The notes: generated by a model not told the origin, from the letters alone. Counted from the first letter of the stretch, positions 30,967-42,599 are shown. The stretch: 64,000 bases of DNA from Planctomycetota bacterium (GCA_038060895.1 JBBTCT010000012.1:126210-190209); one strand, 5' to 3'. Numbers and translations are program-made.

Positions 30967-31626
30967 ATGCTCACCAAGGCCGACATCCTGTTCGGGAAGA
31001 TCGCCGTCAAGGCGGGAATGTGCTCTGACGAGCAGATCGACGAGTGCATCCGCATGCAGGAGGAAATGCAGCAGCGGAAGCCGCTCGGGATGATCATGCT
31101 GGAGAAGGCCTACATCAGCGAGGACCAGCTCCAGAAGATCATCGAGATCCAGAAGGCGAACCTGCAGGAGAAGGCGATCAACTCGCGGACGAAGCGCGAC
31201 GACGGGATGTTCGGGCGGATCGTGCTGAAGCTGGGATTCGCGAGCGAGGAGCAGGTGCACGACGCGGTGCGGATCCAGGCGAAGATCGAGGAGGACATCT
31301 TTCTCCGGCTGGGCGAGATCATGGTCAAGAAGGGCTACCTGTCGAACGACCAGGTGTCGGCGGTGCTCGAGTACCAGAAGACGAAAATCGTCGTCTGCCC
31401 GGACTGCCAGACCCAGTTCAACGTCATCATGTTCACCGAGGGATCGGATCTCAGCTGCTACAAGTGCGGCGCCGCGCTTCACGTTCCCGAGAAACTCATG
31501 CACGTCGCCGCGGAGGAGTACGCGCAACAGGGGACGAAGCGCATGGTGGATGAGGAGACGCGAAACCCGATCATCGTGAAGGACGATGCCGCTTCCGGCA
31601 ACGCGGGGCCCCAGGCGGGAAGCTAG
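30967..31626 (+). CDS. Protein with four MshEN-like motifs and a C-terminal zinc ribbon
   Basis: RLGEIMVKKGYLSNDQVSAVLEYQ plus three related repeats; CPDC...CYKC. Confidence 0.8.
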   Translation: MLTKADILFGKIAVKAGMCSDEQIDECIRMQEEMQQRKPLGMIMLEKAYISEDQLQKIIEIQKANLQEKAINSRTKRDDGMFGRIVLKLGFASEEQVHDAVRIQAKIEEDIFLRLGEIMVKKGYLSNDQVSAVLEYQKTKIVVCPDCQTQFNVIMFTEGSDLSCYKCGAALHVPEKLMHVAAEEYAQQGTKRMVDEETRNPIIVKDDAASGNAGPQAGS

Positions 31627-31635
31627 ACCCAGGAC

Positions 31636-32820
31636 TTACTTCGCTTCGCCGTCCTTCGCTGTTTCAGCCGCCTTCTCACCGGCGCCCGGTTTCGCGGATT
31701 CTTCCTCCTCCGGATGCTCCTCGTACACGTAGGTCATCGGGAGCTCATCGACGCGCTGGCGAAGCAGGAAGTAGATCATCGTAAGTTGCGACTGGAGGTA
31801 CGAGAGCGCATAGGCGAGGGTGAGACCGGACAGCAGCAGGAGCCAGCTCGTGATGAGGATCGCGGACCAGCCGAGCCCGGTTCCGCCGGCGGTGACGAGG
31901 TCCGCGTACGAGATGCGGCAGAGGGCAAAATCCAGGACGTGATCAAATTTCGGCCCCATGCCCGCCCGGATCGGCAGGCACGTGACCGCGAGCATCCCGA
32001 GGCCGAACGCGTAGATGAACGCCGTCGAGATCGCGCCATGCACCAGCATGACGACCGTGTACGCCAGCGCGTGCCAGGGCCGCGAGTAGATATACGAGAA
32101 GCCGCGGGAGATCGCGTCGAACGCGTCGGTCCCCTCCGCTGCCACCGCCGGGTAAAAGAGAGGGAACCCGAAGACCGTCCCCAGCCCGATCAGGCTCGCG
32201 ATGAAACCAAGCACGAACAGGACCGGCATGAGAAGCGCCGGCAGCAGGGCGAGCCAGGGCCCGGCGCCGGGAATGCGGCCGGGAAGCGCGACCACGGCAA
32301 TGAGCGAGCTGAAAAACACGAACCCCAGCACGCACGCCACCAGGCTCGAGAAGTTCGATCCCCACTTCCGCCACGCAAACGACAGCGCTTCCTGCGTCCG
32401 GATCCGGTCCTCTTTCGCGATCTCCACCGCGGCGATGCGCGAAATGGCGCCGCCGAAGAGCGACCAGATGGCGGTGCCGATGAGGAGGGCGGCGCAGGTC
32501 CACCAGAACGCGACGTGACAGGGCTGCGAGTAGATGACCCTGATCGCGTCCGGAACCATGACGAAGTACCCGGCCGGGCCGCGCTCGCCCAGCTCGGCCG
32601 ACATGTCCGGCTTGTATTTAAGCGCTATCCAGGGCGCCGGCAGGAAGACGAACAGAAAGACCAGGATCGCGCCCGTCAGCGCGAGGACAAGCTTGCGCAC
32701 GTCCAGCGCGATCACGAACCCCGCGAAGAGGTCGCGCCAGTCGCCCCGGAGCCGGCCGGTCAGTGGTTGTTCGGCGCTCAGGCGGACTTCCCTTTTTTCG
32801 GTTTTTCCGGAGCGCACGCG
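31636..32820 (-). CDS. Polytopic membrane protein of unknown function
   Basis: Multiple TM segments; DAFDAISRGFSYIYSRPW; start uncertain (32820-32850). Confidence 0.8.
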   Translation of the reverse strand, partial: RVRSGKTEKREVRLSAEQPLTGRLRGDWRDLFAGFVIALDVRKLVLALTGAILVFLFVFLPAPWIALKYKPDMSAELGERGPAGYFVMVPDAIRVIYSQPCHVAFWWTCAALLIGTAIWSLFGGAISRIAAVEIAKEDRIRTQEALSFAWRKWGSNFSSLVACVLGFVFFSSLIAVVALPGRIPGAGPWLALLPALLMPVLFVLGFIASLIGLGTVFGFPLFYPAVAAEGTDAFDAISRGFSYIYSRPWHALAYTVVMLVHGAISTAFIYAFGLGMLAVTCLPIRAGMGPKFDHVLDFALCRISYADLVTAGGTGLGWSAILITSWLLLLSGLTLAYALSYLQSQLTMIYFLLRQRVDELPMTYVYEEHPEEEESAKPGAGEKAAETAKDGEAK

Positions 32821-33113
32821 CAATCCTTCGGCGCCTTGCCTCCCGCGCACGATTCCGACTTCGCCGGCGCCGCTTCAGCCGCGGTCTTCGACTTCGACGG
32901 CGGCGCTTCAGCCGCCGGCCTGGCCCCTGCATTCTTGTAGTCCGTGATGTAAAAACCGCTCCCCTTGAAGAGCAGTCCGGCTCCCGCCCCGATCATCCGG
33001 TGCGCCGTCCGCCGCCCGCACTTCGGGCAGGCTTTGCGCGTGGAAGCGGAGATCGCCTCGAAAACCTCGTAGGCGTGTCCGCACTTCCGGCAGGAGTAGT
33101 CGTACGTCGGCAT
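32778..33113 (-). CDS. FmdB-family zinc ribbon protein
   Basis: MPTYDYSCRKCG...CPKCG...FKGSGFYITDY. Confidence 0.92.
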   Translation of the reverse strand: MPTYDYSCRKCGHAYEVFEAISASTRKACPKCGRRTAHRMIGAGAGLLFKGSGFYITDYKNAGARPAAEAPPSKSKTAAEAAPAKSESCAGGKAPKDCACAPEKPKKGKSA

Positions 33114-33186
33114 CCGTGGATCTCCGTAACGTCTTGAACTGACAAATCTAACGGCGAAGCGGGACATTGAGAAGAGAACTCGCAAC

Positions 33187-33711
33187 TCAGCCTTTCGCGG
33201 CAACCGAGACCTGCGCCGGCCGCAGCACTCGCTCGTGCAACGTGTACCCCGGCCTCATCTCCGCCACGATGTCCCCTTCCGGCACCTTGTCCGTCTCCAC
33301 CCGCATGATCGCCTCGTGCGTCGCCGGTGAGAACGCCCCAGTCGCCCCGATCCGCTTCAGTCCGTGCAACTCGAGCTTCCGGAAGATCTCCCGGTGCGCC
33401 AAGTCCATCCCTTTGACGAACGCCTCCGCTTCCTTCGGCGCCTGCTTGAGCGCCATGTCGAATGTGTCGAGCGCGGGGAGGAGGTCGAGCAGGAGGCGTT
33501 CGACGAGGAAACGCGACTCCTGGTCGCGGTCCCGGACGACGCGCTTCTGGTAGTTGGAGAAATCGGCCTGCACGCGCTGGGCCATGTTGAGGTATTCCTC
33601 GACCTTGGCCCGAAGGGCGTCGACATCCGCCTTCGGCAGCGTGACGGATTCGGGAGATGCGGGGGGCTCCCCGGGCGTACCGGCACTCGATGTTTTGTTT
33701 TCTTTTGTCAT
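33187..33711 (-). CDS. grpE: Nucleotide exchange factor GrpE
   Basis: [39 protein letters not shown]. Confidence 0.95.
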   Translation of the reverse strand: MTKENKTSSAGTPGEPPASPESVTLPKADVDALRAKVEEYLNMAQRVQADFSNYQKRVVRDRDQESRFLVERLLLDLLPALDTFDMALKQAPKEAEAFVKGMDLAHREIFRKLELHGLKRIGATGAFSPATHEAIMRVETDKVPEGDIVAEMRPGYTLHERVLRPAQVSVAAKG

Positions 33712-34823
33712 GGTTCGAATATGTCCTTGATCTTGTCCAGGAGGCTCTTCTTCCTCGGTTTCACTTCGACCTTCTCCGTCTTCGCGAATTCTCTCAACAA
33801 ATCCTCCTGCTCCTTTGTCAGCGATTTCGGCACTTCGATGACCACCCGCACCACCATGTCCCCTTGCCGCCCTCCCTCGACGTCCGGAAGTCCCTTGCCG
33901 CGAATGCGGAAGAGCTGGCCGCTGGGCGTCGAGCGAGGAACCTTGAGCGTGACTTTTTCGTCGAGCGTCGCCACCTCGATTTCGGCGCCCAGCGCCGCCT
34001 GCGAAAACGAGATGGGGACTTCGCAGAAGAGGGTGGTTCCTTCCCTCTCGAAAATGGAGTGCGGCTTCACCGTGACGTCGACGAACAGGTCTCCGCGCCC
34101 CCCGCCCGCAAGCGAAGGCTCGCCCTCCCCGGGCACACGAATGCGCGTATTTGTGTCGATTCCGGCCGGAATCGCGACTTTCACTTCGGCCTTCTCGCGC
34201 GTCGTTCCTTCGCCGCCGCACGGCTTGCACGGGTCCTTCACGACCTTTCCTGAGCCAGCGCATTTCGGGCAGCTCGTGCGGATCGTGAAGAAGCCGCCTC
34301 CCTGGAGCACTTGCCCGTGGCCTCCGCAGAGCGGGCACTGCGACGCCTGCGTCCCCGCTTTCGCCCCCGTGCCCCTGCAAGTCCCGCAGACTTCGTGACG
34401 CTTCATCACGATCGTCCGGTCGCACCCCTTCGCGGCCTCGACGAACTCGATCTCCACTTCGGCCCGCAGGCTCGCGCCGCGACGCCCGCCGCCGCCGCCG
34501 CGCCGGCCGAAGCCGAAAAAGTCGCCGAAGATGTCGCCGAACGCCTCGAAGATGTCCTCGGGCGAGGAGAAGCCGCGCGACCCGAAGCCGGCCGACTCCA
34601 GCCCGGCATGGCCGAACTGGTCGTAGCGCGCACGCTTTTCGGCGTCGGCAAGGACCTCGTACGACTCGGCCGCTTCCTTGAATCTCGCCTCGGCGTCCTT
34701 GTCCCCCGGGTTGCGGTCCGGGTGGAACTTCATCGCCGCCTGGCGGTAGGATTTCTTGATCTCGTCGAGGGAAGCGTTTTTCGGGACGCCGAGGATTTCG
34801 TAGTAGTCCCGTTTGGTGGACAT
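33708..34823 (-). CDS. dnaJ: Chaperone DnaJ
   Basis: [11 protein letters not shown] motif, four CxxCxGxG repeats. Confidence 0.97.
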   Translation of the reverse strand: MSTKRDYYEILGVPKNASLDEIKKSYRQAAMKFHPDRNPGDKDAEARFKEAAESYEVLADAEKRARYDQFGHAGLESAGFGSRGFSSPEDIFEAFGDIFGDFFGFGRRGGGGGRRGASLRAEVEIEFVEAAKGCDRTIVMKRHEVCGTCRGTGAKAGTQASQCPLCGGHGQVLQGGGFFTIRTSCPKCAGSGKVVKDPCKPCGGEGTTREKAEVKVAIPAGIDTNTRIRVPGEGEPSLAGGGRGDLFVDVTVKPHSIFEREGTTLFCEVPISFSQAALGAEIEVATLDEKVTLKVPRSTPSGQLFRIRGKGLPDVEGGRQGDMVVRVVIEVPKSLTKEQEDLLREFAKTEKVEVKPRKKSLLDKIKDIFEP

Positions 34824-34895
34824 CGTGCCTCGGTGAGAGTCACAGCCGCGACGCCAGGTCTCCAGGGTCCAGGGTCGAACTCGCCCGCCGGCCGT

Positions 34896-36542
<1,647 letters not shown>

Positions 36543-36566
36543 CTACGGTCGAAAGTCGAAGGTCGA

Positions 36567-36857
36567 CTACAGCTCGATCTTCCCGAGGATCTCGTCTTCC
36601 TTCATGATCACGTACTCCTGCCCATCGATCTTGACCTCAGTCCCGGCGTACTTGCCGAAGAGGACCTTGTCGCCCTTGCTGACTCCCATCTTCGCGCGCT
36701 CCCCGCTGTCGAGGAGACGCCCGGGGCCGGCGGCGACGATCTCGCCCTTCTGGGACTTTTCCTTCGCGGTGTCCGGCAGAACGATCCCCCCCTTGGTCTT
36801 GCTCTCGGCTTCGATCGGCTTGATGACGACCCGGTTATCCAGCGGCTTGATATTCAT
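36567..36857 (-). CDS. groES: Co-chaperonin GroES
   Basis: IKPLDNRVVI, TKGGIVLPDTAKEK, GDKVLFGKYAGTEV. Confidence 0.97.
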   Translation of the reverse strand: MNIKPLDNRVVIKPIEAESKTKGGIVLPDTAKEKSQKGEIVAAGPGRLLDSGERAKMGVSKGDKVLFGKYAGTEVKIDGQEYVIMKEDEILGKIEL

Positions 36858-36921
36858 CCCGTCCTCCTGAGTGTTTTCGTTTTTACTTTTTCGTTTTTGG
36901 TTTCGTTACTGCCGTTCTTCG

Positions 36922-38544
36922 CTAGTGGTGATGCCCGTGATGCCCGTGCGCATCGTGGTCATCCTTCTTCCCCGGCTCGTCCACGATCACGCAGCGCGTC
37001 GTCAGGAGCAGACCCGCCACGCTCGCCGCGTTCTGAAGCGCCGCCCGCACGACCTTCGTCGGGTCGATCACCCCGCGTTCGATCAGGTCGCAATAATCGC
37101 CCTTCTCCGCGTCGTACCCGAAGCTCGCGCCCTTGCCTTCGCGGATCTTCTTCACGGCGATAGACCCGTCAACGCCCGCGTTCTGGCACAACTGCCGAAG
37201 CGGCTTGTCCAGCGCCGCCCGAACGGCCTCCACGCCCTCCTGCTCTTCCTCGTCCATCTTCAGCCCGTCCAGCGCCCGCGCCGCGCGCACCAGCGCCGTG
37301 CCGCCGCCGGGGACGATCCCCTCGGCGATCGCTGCCTTGGTTGCATGCAGCGCATCTTCCGCCCGGCTCTTGCGCTCCTTCATCTCAGTCTCCGTCGCCG
37401 CGCCGACGCGGATCTCCGCGACGCCGCCCACCAGCCTGGCGCGCCGTTCCTCGAGCTTCTCGCGGTCGTAGTCCGAATCCGTCTCTTCAATTTCGGCATT
37501 GATCGCCGCAACGCGCCCCTCGATGTGCTTCTTGTCGCCCTTCCCCTCGAGGATCGTCGTCTCTTCGCTCGTGATCTTGACCTTCTTCGCGCTCCCGAGC
37601 GCGTCGAGGCCAAGCTTTTCCAGGTCGATCCCCAGGTCTTTCATCACGGCCCGCGCCCCGGTCAGCACGGCGATGTCTTCCATCATCGACTTCCGGCGGT
37701 CGCCGTACCCCGGCGCCTTCACGGCGCACACGTTCAGGATTCCGCGCAGCTTGTTCACGACGAGCGTCGCCAGGACTTCGTTCTCGACGTCCTCGGCGAT
37801 GATGAGAAGCGGCCGCTTGGACTCGGCGAGCTTCTCGAGAAGAGGAATCAGCTTCGTGACGGTGCCGATCTTTTCTTCATGCACGAGAATGTAGGGATTC
37901 TCGAGTTCGCAGATTCCCTCGTTCTGGTTCGTGACGAACTGCGGCGAGAGGAACCCGCGGTCGAAGTGCATCCCCTGCACGACCTTGACCTCGGTTTCGG
38001 TCGTCTTCCCTTCCTCGACCGTGATCACGCCTTTTTCCGCGCCGACCGCTTCGAGCGCGTCGGCGATGTTCTTCGCCAGGCCCGGGTCTTTGGCTGCGAC
38101 CGTGGCAACCCGCTCCCAGTCGCGGCGCCCGGAAACCGGCTTCGTCATTTTCGTCAGTTCGGCCATCACCGCAGCGGCGGCCGCCGTGATGCCGCGCTGA
38201 AGCGCCATCGGGTCGGCGCCGGCGGTTACCCGCTTCACGCCCTCGTTGAAGATCGCCTCGGTCAGCACCGCGGAGGTCGTGGTTCCGTCGCCCGCATCGT
38301 CGCCGGTCTTGCTGGCGGCCTGTTTGACCATCTGGGCGCCGATGTTTTCGTAAGGGTCGCCGAGTTCGATTTCGTCGGCCACGGCCGCGCCGTCGTCGAG
38401 CACGTTCGGGGCGCCCCATCCGCGGTCGAGCACGACCGGGTTCCCGCGGGGGCCGAGCGTGGTCTTGATCGCGCGGGTCATTTTCTCCACACCGCGCTGG
38501 AGGGCTTCGCGGGCGTCGGCGTCGAACCTGAGCTGTTTAGCCAT
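36922..38544 (-). CDS. groEL: Chaperonin GroEL (paralogue 1, His-rich tail)
   Basis: [23 protein letters not shown]; C-terminus DDHDAHGHHGHHH. Confidence 0.96.
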   Translation of the reverse strand: MAKQLRFDADAREALQRGVEKMTRAIKTTLGPRGNPVVLDRGWGAPNVLDDGAAVADEIELGDPYENIGAQMVKQAASKTGDDAGDGTTTSAVLTEAIFNEGVKRVTAGADPMALQRGITAAAAAVMAELTKMTKPVSGRRDWERVATVAAKDPGLAKNIADALEAVGAEKGVITVEEGKTTETEVKVVQGMHFDRGFLSPQFVTNQNEGICELENPYILVHEEKIGTVTKLIPLLEKLAESKRPLLIIAEDVENEVLATLVVNKLRGILNVCAVKAPGYGDRRKSMMEDIAVLTGARAVMKDLGIDLEKLGLDALGSAKKVKITSEETTILEGKGDKKHIEGRVAAINAEIEETDSDYDREKLEERRARLVGGVAEIRVGAATETEMKERKSRAEDALHATKAAIAEGIVPGGGTALVRAARALDGLKMDEEEQEGVEAVRAALDKPLRQLCQNAGVDGSIAVKKIREGKGASFGYDAEKGDYCDLIERGVIDPTKVVRAALQNAASVAGLLLTTRCVIVDEPGKKDDHDAHGHHGHHH

Positions 38545-38596
38545 CGGGTGTTGCTCCGGTTACTGTGAATAGACTTTGGGAGGCACGGAGAGGGAA

Positions 38597-38612
38597 AGCA
38601 AACCCTGTGCCC
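38597..38612 (-). promoter_or_regulatory. Putative sigma-54 (-24/-12) promoter of the groEL operon
   Basis: Minus strand GGGCACAGGGTTTGCT matches GGCAC-N5-TTGCW, ~50 nt before the groEL start. Confidence 0.65.
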
Positions 38613-38697
38613 CCGGGACCCGATTCCAGGCCGAGGGGAAGGCAATGGCGCGAAAGGACTTGCGGCGTTCCGGGGACCGGGCGAAAGCCCGGCTTTG

Positions 38698-38712
38698 CTG
38701 CCAGACTGACAG
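38698..38712. promoter_or_regulatory. Palindromic operator/enhancer candidate
   Basis: CTGCCA-GAC-TGACAG about 85 nt upstream of the sigma-54 motif. Confidence 0.45.
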
Positions 38713-38767
38713 CGCTCGCTTCGAGAGGCAGTCCCCCATCCCACTGGCTTTGGCCCGGACCTTTCAA

Positions 38768-38795
38768 TTGACTCCCCCGCATTCCCCCCTATAAT
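38768..38795 (+). promoter_or_regulatory. Sigma-70-type promoter
   Basis: TTGACT-16 nt-TATAAT. Confidence 0.7.
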
Positions 38796-38878
38796 CCCGC
38801 GTCTCGGAACCTGGGAGGGTTTCCGTTGCTTCAAATCCACTAAAGCCGCGCCACCAATATTCTTAAGGAGTCGTGTAG

Positions 38879-39418
38879 ATGGCCGACGCAACTGCCGGAA
38901 TCGGCGACAAAGTCAAGAAAGGTTGGGAGCTTGTTAAACCCAATATCCTCGTCTGGGTGATCGCCCTCATCGTGGGCGGTCTGATGAATTACGTCCTCCT
39001 CGGCGGCGTCGCGCTCGCCGGCTGGACCCTGATGATCCAGAAGTCGCGCGCGGGCGAGAAAATCGAAGTCGGCGACATGTTCAAGGCCTTCGATCGCTTC
39101 GTCGATTACTTCGTCACGGGCCTCGTCTGCTCGCTGCCTTTCGGCCTGCTCCTTCCCTGGGGCATCTTTTACTGCGTCGACAAGAAGGCCGACTTCATGA
39201 CGTCGATCAAGTGGAGCCTTTCGTTCTTCCTCAAGAACCTCGTCCCCTGCTTGATCAACATCGTGATCTGCATCGTCCTGATCATCTGCGGCGAACTCGC
39301 CTGCTGCGTCGGCGTGTTCATCACCGCGCCGATCGCGCTCTTCGTGTCGCACATGCTGTACACGGAGCTCGAAGGCAACACGGCGGCCGGCGAAGCGCCG
39401 GCAGCACCCAAGGTCTAG
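38879..39418 (+). CDS. Small Cys-rich membrane protein
   Basis: Several TM helices; GELACCVGVFITAPI; RBS AAGGAG. Confidence 0.8.
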   Translation: MADATAGIGDKVKKGWELVKPNILVWVIALIVGGLMNYVLLGGVALAGWTLMIQKSRAGEKIEVGDMFKAFDRFVDYFVTGLVCSLPFGLLLPWGIFYCVDKKADFMTSIKWSLSFFLKNLVPCLINIVICIVLIICGELACCVGVFITAPIALFVSHMLYTELEGNTAAGEAPAAPKV

Positions 39419-39439
39419 CGCTCATCGTTAGAAACTGCG

Positions 39440-39472
39440 CGGGGGAGGCTTCGGCCTCCCCCGTTTTTTTTT
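39440..39472 (+). terminator. Rho-independent terminator
   Basis: CGGGGGAGGC-TTCG-GCCTCCCCCG followed by a T-run. Confidence 0.9.
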
Positions 39473-39540
39473 GCGCCGTGCGCGGCGAAGGCGGGTGACA
39501 GGGGAGCCATCGGTGCCGGCGGTGTCGCTATACTCGCGCC

Positions 39541-41814
39541 ATGCGGTTCCTCGCCACCTTCGCCCTTGCCCTCGCCATGGCCCACTCGTCCTCCGCCGGG
39601 ACCCTGCGCGCCGGCTTCGCAAAGGAAGACCTCACGCCCGACCGCAACGTCCCGTTGGCCGGGTACGGCGCGCGCAAGGGCGCTCTCTCGACGGGAGTCC
39701 ACGACAAGGTCTGGGCTCGAGCGGCGGTCTTCGAGAGCGAAGATCACAAGGCCGCGATCCTCTCGGTGGACATGGTCGGCGTCTCCGGCGAAGTGCGGGA
39801 GAAGCTCGTCGAGGGCGTCTGCAAGGACCTCGACATCGCTTCGCACAACATCCTTTTCTGCGCGACCCACAACCACTCCGGTCCCGGCGCCCTCTCCCGC
39901 AATCCGCTGATCCAGGCGGCCGCGGGGAAGTTCGATGAAGCGCTCTTCAACGACATTCTCGCCCGGCTCGAAAGGTGCATCCGGGCGGCGGATGCAAGGC
40001 TTGCGCCTGCGACGCTGGCCGTCGGCCGCGCGACCTTCGCGGATCTGTCACGCAACCGTGCGGTTCCCGGCGGCCCCGTCGATGCCGACGGCGCGGTCGC
40101 GATCGCGCGCGGTGCTGACGGAAAAGTGCTCGGGACGATCGTGGATTTCGCGGCGCACGGGACCGTGCTGGGCGCGGAGAACATGCTCGTCAGCGGCGAC
40201 TGGCCCGGCGCGATGAGCGCGGCGCTTGAACGGAGGTGGGAAGGATCGGTCGCGTTGTTCCTGGCCGGAGCGGAAGGCGATCAGTCTCCCGCGACTCCGG
40301 AGGGAAAGGACGACTGGGAGCGGGCGGAAAAGATGGGTGGGGCGGTTGCGGAGGCCGCGGCGGCGGCGATCGCGAAACTCGGGAATGGCACCGACGACGC
40401 CGTGGTCCGCGGCCACGCCCAGGATTTCGACATGCCGCCGACGGCGTTCCAGGGCGAGTGGCCGACGCACACGACGGTGCAGGTCTTCGACCTCGGGCCC
40501 CTGCGCCTGTTCTGCTTCCCGGGCGAGCCGTGCGTTGCCGTCGGCCGCGCGGCAACCGCGCTCTGCACCGACAAAGACCGGGTCGCCGCCGTGGTCGCCT
40601 GCGCCAACGAACACCTCGGCTACTTCGTCCCCGAAGACTATTACTTCGCCGGTGGTTACGAATCGACGCTCTGCTTCCTCGGCCCGCGCTGCGGAGACTG
40701 GTTCGTCGCGCGCTTCCGCGAGCTGCTCGAACTGAAGACAGAAGCGCCCCCGGTCCCTAACGTCCGGACCGAAGTCCTTGGCCGCTTCAAGAAGGTCGTC
40801 GCCCGGGGAACGCCGTACGAAATTGGCCTGGGCCACGGCCGCGCGCTGACGCAGGAGATTCGCACGCACGGCGACTTCTGGCGCGACCAGCTGACCGGCA
40901 TGGCCGGTGTTCTGCCGATCCGCACCATGCTTCCCTTCCCCGATTCCGTCGATCCCGCGCCGCTCCTCTACCCGCTCCTCGCCATCCGCTGCCGCCTCCT
41001 CCTGCGTGAGTGCGAGCCCGCTCTTCTCGAGGAAATGCGCGGCATCGCGGACGGCGCGGGCGTCGCGTTCGACGAGATCGTCTTCCTTAATACGTGGCTG
41101 GCCGTCGCGGACCAGACCGACCCGACGGCTCTTTTCAGGCTGAAGCCCGGTTGCGCGACCGCCGCATCCGGAAAGTGGCTCGCGCACAACGCCGACTGGC
41201 CTCCGCAGAAGGAATTCCCTGACGTTGCGGCGCTCATCGTTGCGATTCCGAAGGACGGCCGGGCGGTCGCCATGATGACCCTCGCCGGCTGCGTCGGCGC
41301 GCCGTCCGCCATGAACGCCGACGGCGTCGCGTGCGCCGTGGACTCGCTCCCGGCGCCTGACGACACCGGGCTCGAGGGAACTCCGGTGTGGCTTTCCGTC
41401 CGGGCGGCGCTTCAGTTCAATCGCGTGGCCCCGGACGTCGCCGAAGCGATTGAGCTGGCGCCCGGCACCGCGGGATACCTCATCACGATCAAGGACCCGG
41501 AAGAGACGATCCGGCTGGAAGTTTCCGCAACGCACAGCGAGCGGGACTCCGCCGAGCCGCGGCCCGCCCCGAAGAAGGACCGGAAGCGCCGCGAGGCCGT
41601 GGAGGCGTTCCTGAAGGACAACGCGACGCCCAAGGGAAGCGAGCTGCGGGATCTCTTTGGCGATCGGGAAAAGGGCGTTCTCTCGCCCTCAACCCGGATG
41701 AGCGTCGTCATGGACGTCGAAAAGAAGCGATGGTGGGTCGCCGCGGGGCCGGGAAGTGAGATTGATGTGGAGAAGTTCGTGGAAGTTGACTTGAAAGCGG
41801 TGCTGGCGAAGTGA
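39541..41814 (+). CDS. Secreted fusion: neutral/alkaline ceramidase-like domain plus C45/Ntn-hydrolase-like domain
   Basis: LAGYGAR..GVHD, ATHNHSGP, FAAHGTVLG, SGDWPG, GAEGDQSP, FPGEP; then GTPYEIGLGHG, EEMRGIADGAG, GCAT..HNADW, MNADGV. Confidence 0.82.
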   Translation: MRFLATFALALAMAHSSSAGTLRAGFAKEDLTPDRNVPLAGYGARKGALSTGVHDKVWARAAVFESEDHKAAILSVDMVGVSGEVREKLVEGVCKDLDIASHNILFCATHNHSGPGALSRNPLIQAAAGKFDEALFNDILARLERCIRAADARLAPATLAVGRATFADLSRNRAVPGGPVDADGAVAIARGADGKVLGTIVDFAAHGTVLGAENMLVSGDWPGAMSAALERRWEGSVALFLAGAEGDQSPATPEGKDDWERAEKMGGAVAEAAAAAIAKLGNGTDDAVVRGHAQDFDMPPTAFQGEWPTHTTVQVFDLGPLRLFCFPGEPCVAVGRAATALCTDKDRVAAVVACANEHLGYFVPEDYYFAGGYESTLCFLGPRCGDWFVARFRELLELKTEAPPVPNVRTEVLGRFKKVVARGTPYEIGLGHGRALTQEIRTHGDFWRDQLTGMAGVLPIRTMLPFPDSVDPAPLLYPLLAIRCRLLLRECEPALLEEMRGIADGAGVAFDEIVFLNTWLAVADQTDPTALFRLKPGCATAASGKWLAHNADWPPQKEFPDVAALIVAIPKDGRAVAMMTLAGCVGAPSAMNADGVACAVDSLPAPDDTGLEGTPVWLSVRAALQFNRVAPDVAEAIELAPGTAGYLITIKDPEETIRLEVSATHSERDSAEPRPAPKKDRKRREAVEAFLKDNATPKGSELRDLFGDREKGVLSPSTRMSVVMDVEKKRWWVAAGPGSEIDVEKFVEVDLKAVLAK

Positions 41815-42056
41815 GTTGACGGTTAGTAGTTGTTAGAGAGTCTGGTGTTCCCGGTTCCGGAAGTTGAGTTCCGGGATCCGGGTTCCGCGTTCCGGGTCCG
41901 TTCGGAGTTCCGGGTCCGGTGTTCTGCCGCGGGCCCGGGACGACTCAACTCTCAACGCCCAACCCCACCCGGAACTCGGAACCCGGATCTCGGAACTCAA
42001 CTTCCGGAACCACGAACTCCGAACTCCCTGACAACACCGAACTCCCAACCCGCAAC
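41815..42056. repeat. Long inverted repeat made of ~7-nt GTTCCGG/CCGGAAC units between convergent genes
   Basis: 41853-41887 pairs with 41977-42011 (35 bp, 1 mismatch), flanked by degenerate heptamers. Confidence 0.8.
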
Positions 42057-42599
42057 TCACCCGCGAAGTTCGCTCTTCCTGAATATCGAGGCGAGCTTCA
42101 CTCCCATTTTCTCCAGCGTCTCTTTCCCGCCTTCCTCGCGGTCAACCAGCGCCACCGCGAGGATCACTTCGGCGCCGGCTTCCTCTCTCAGTCTCTCGAT
42201 GGCGGTCACCGTCGAACCCCCTGTTGTGACGACGTCGTCCACCACGACCACGCGCGCCCCCGGCGGCAACTCGGGCCCTTCGATCGATTTCTTCGCCCCG
42301 TGAGCCTTAGCCTCCTTGCGCACGATGAACGCATTGATCGGCGCGCCTTCGCGGGCGCTCTCGATCGCGACTCCGGCTGCGATCGGGTCCGCGCCCAGCG
42401 TCAGGCCGCCGACGGCGTGCGGCTTGAGGGGCCGGATGAGCTCGAGCATGGCCCGCGCGGTCAGGAGCAGCCCGCGCGCGTTGAGGGTGACGAGCCGGCA
42501 ATCGATGTAGAAGTCCGACTTCTTGCCCGACGAGAGGGTGAAGTCCCCGAACTTGACGACCGACTTCACGATGTACAGCAGTTCCTCGCGATCGTTCAT
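42057..42599 (-). CDS. pyrE: Orotate phosphoribosyltransferase
   Basis: FTLSSGKKSDFYIDCR, GGLTLGADPI, RKEAKAHG, VVDDVVTTGGS. Confidence 0.96.
   Translation of the reverse strand: MNDREELLYIVKSVVKFGDFTLSSGKKSDFYIDCRLVTLNARGLLLTARAMLELIRPLKPHAVGGLTLGADPIAAGVAIESAREGAPINAFIVRKEAKAHGAKKSIEGPELPPGARVVVVDDVVTTGGSTVTAIERLREEAGAEVILAVALVDREEGGKETLEKMGVKLASIFRKSELRG

Noticed and set aside
38546-38878. CIRCE/HrcA operator or sigma-32 promoter upstream of groEL
   Set aside because: No TTAGCACTC-N9-GAGTGCTAA match and no CCCCAT -10 at suitable spacing.
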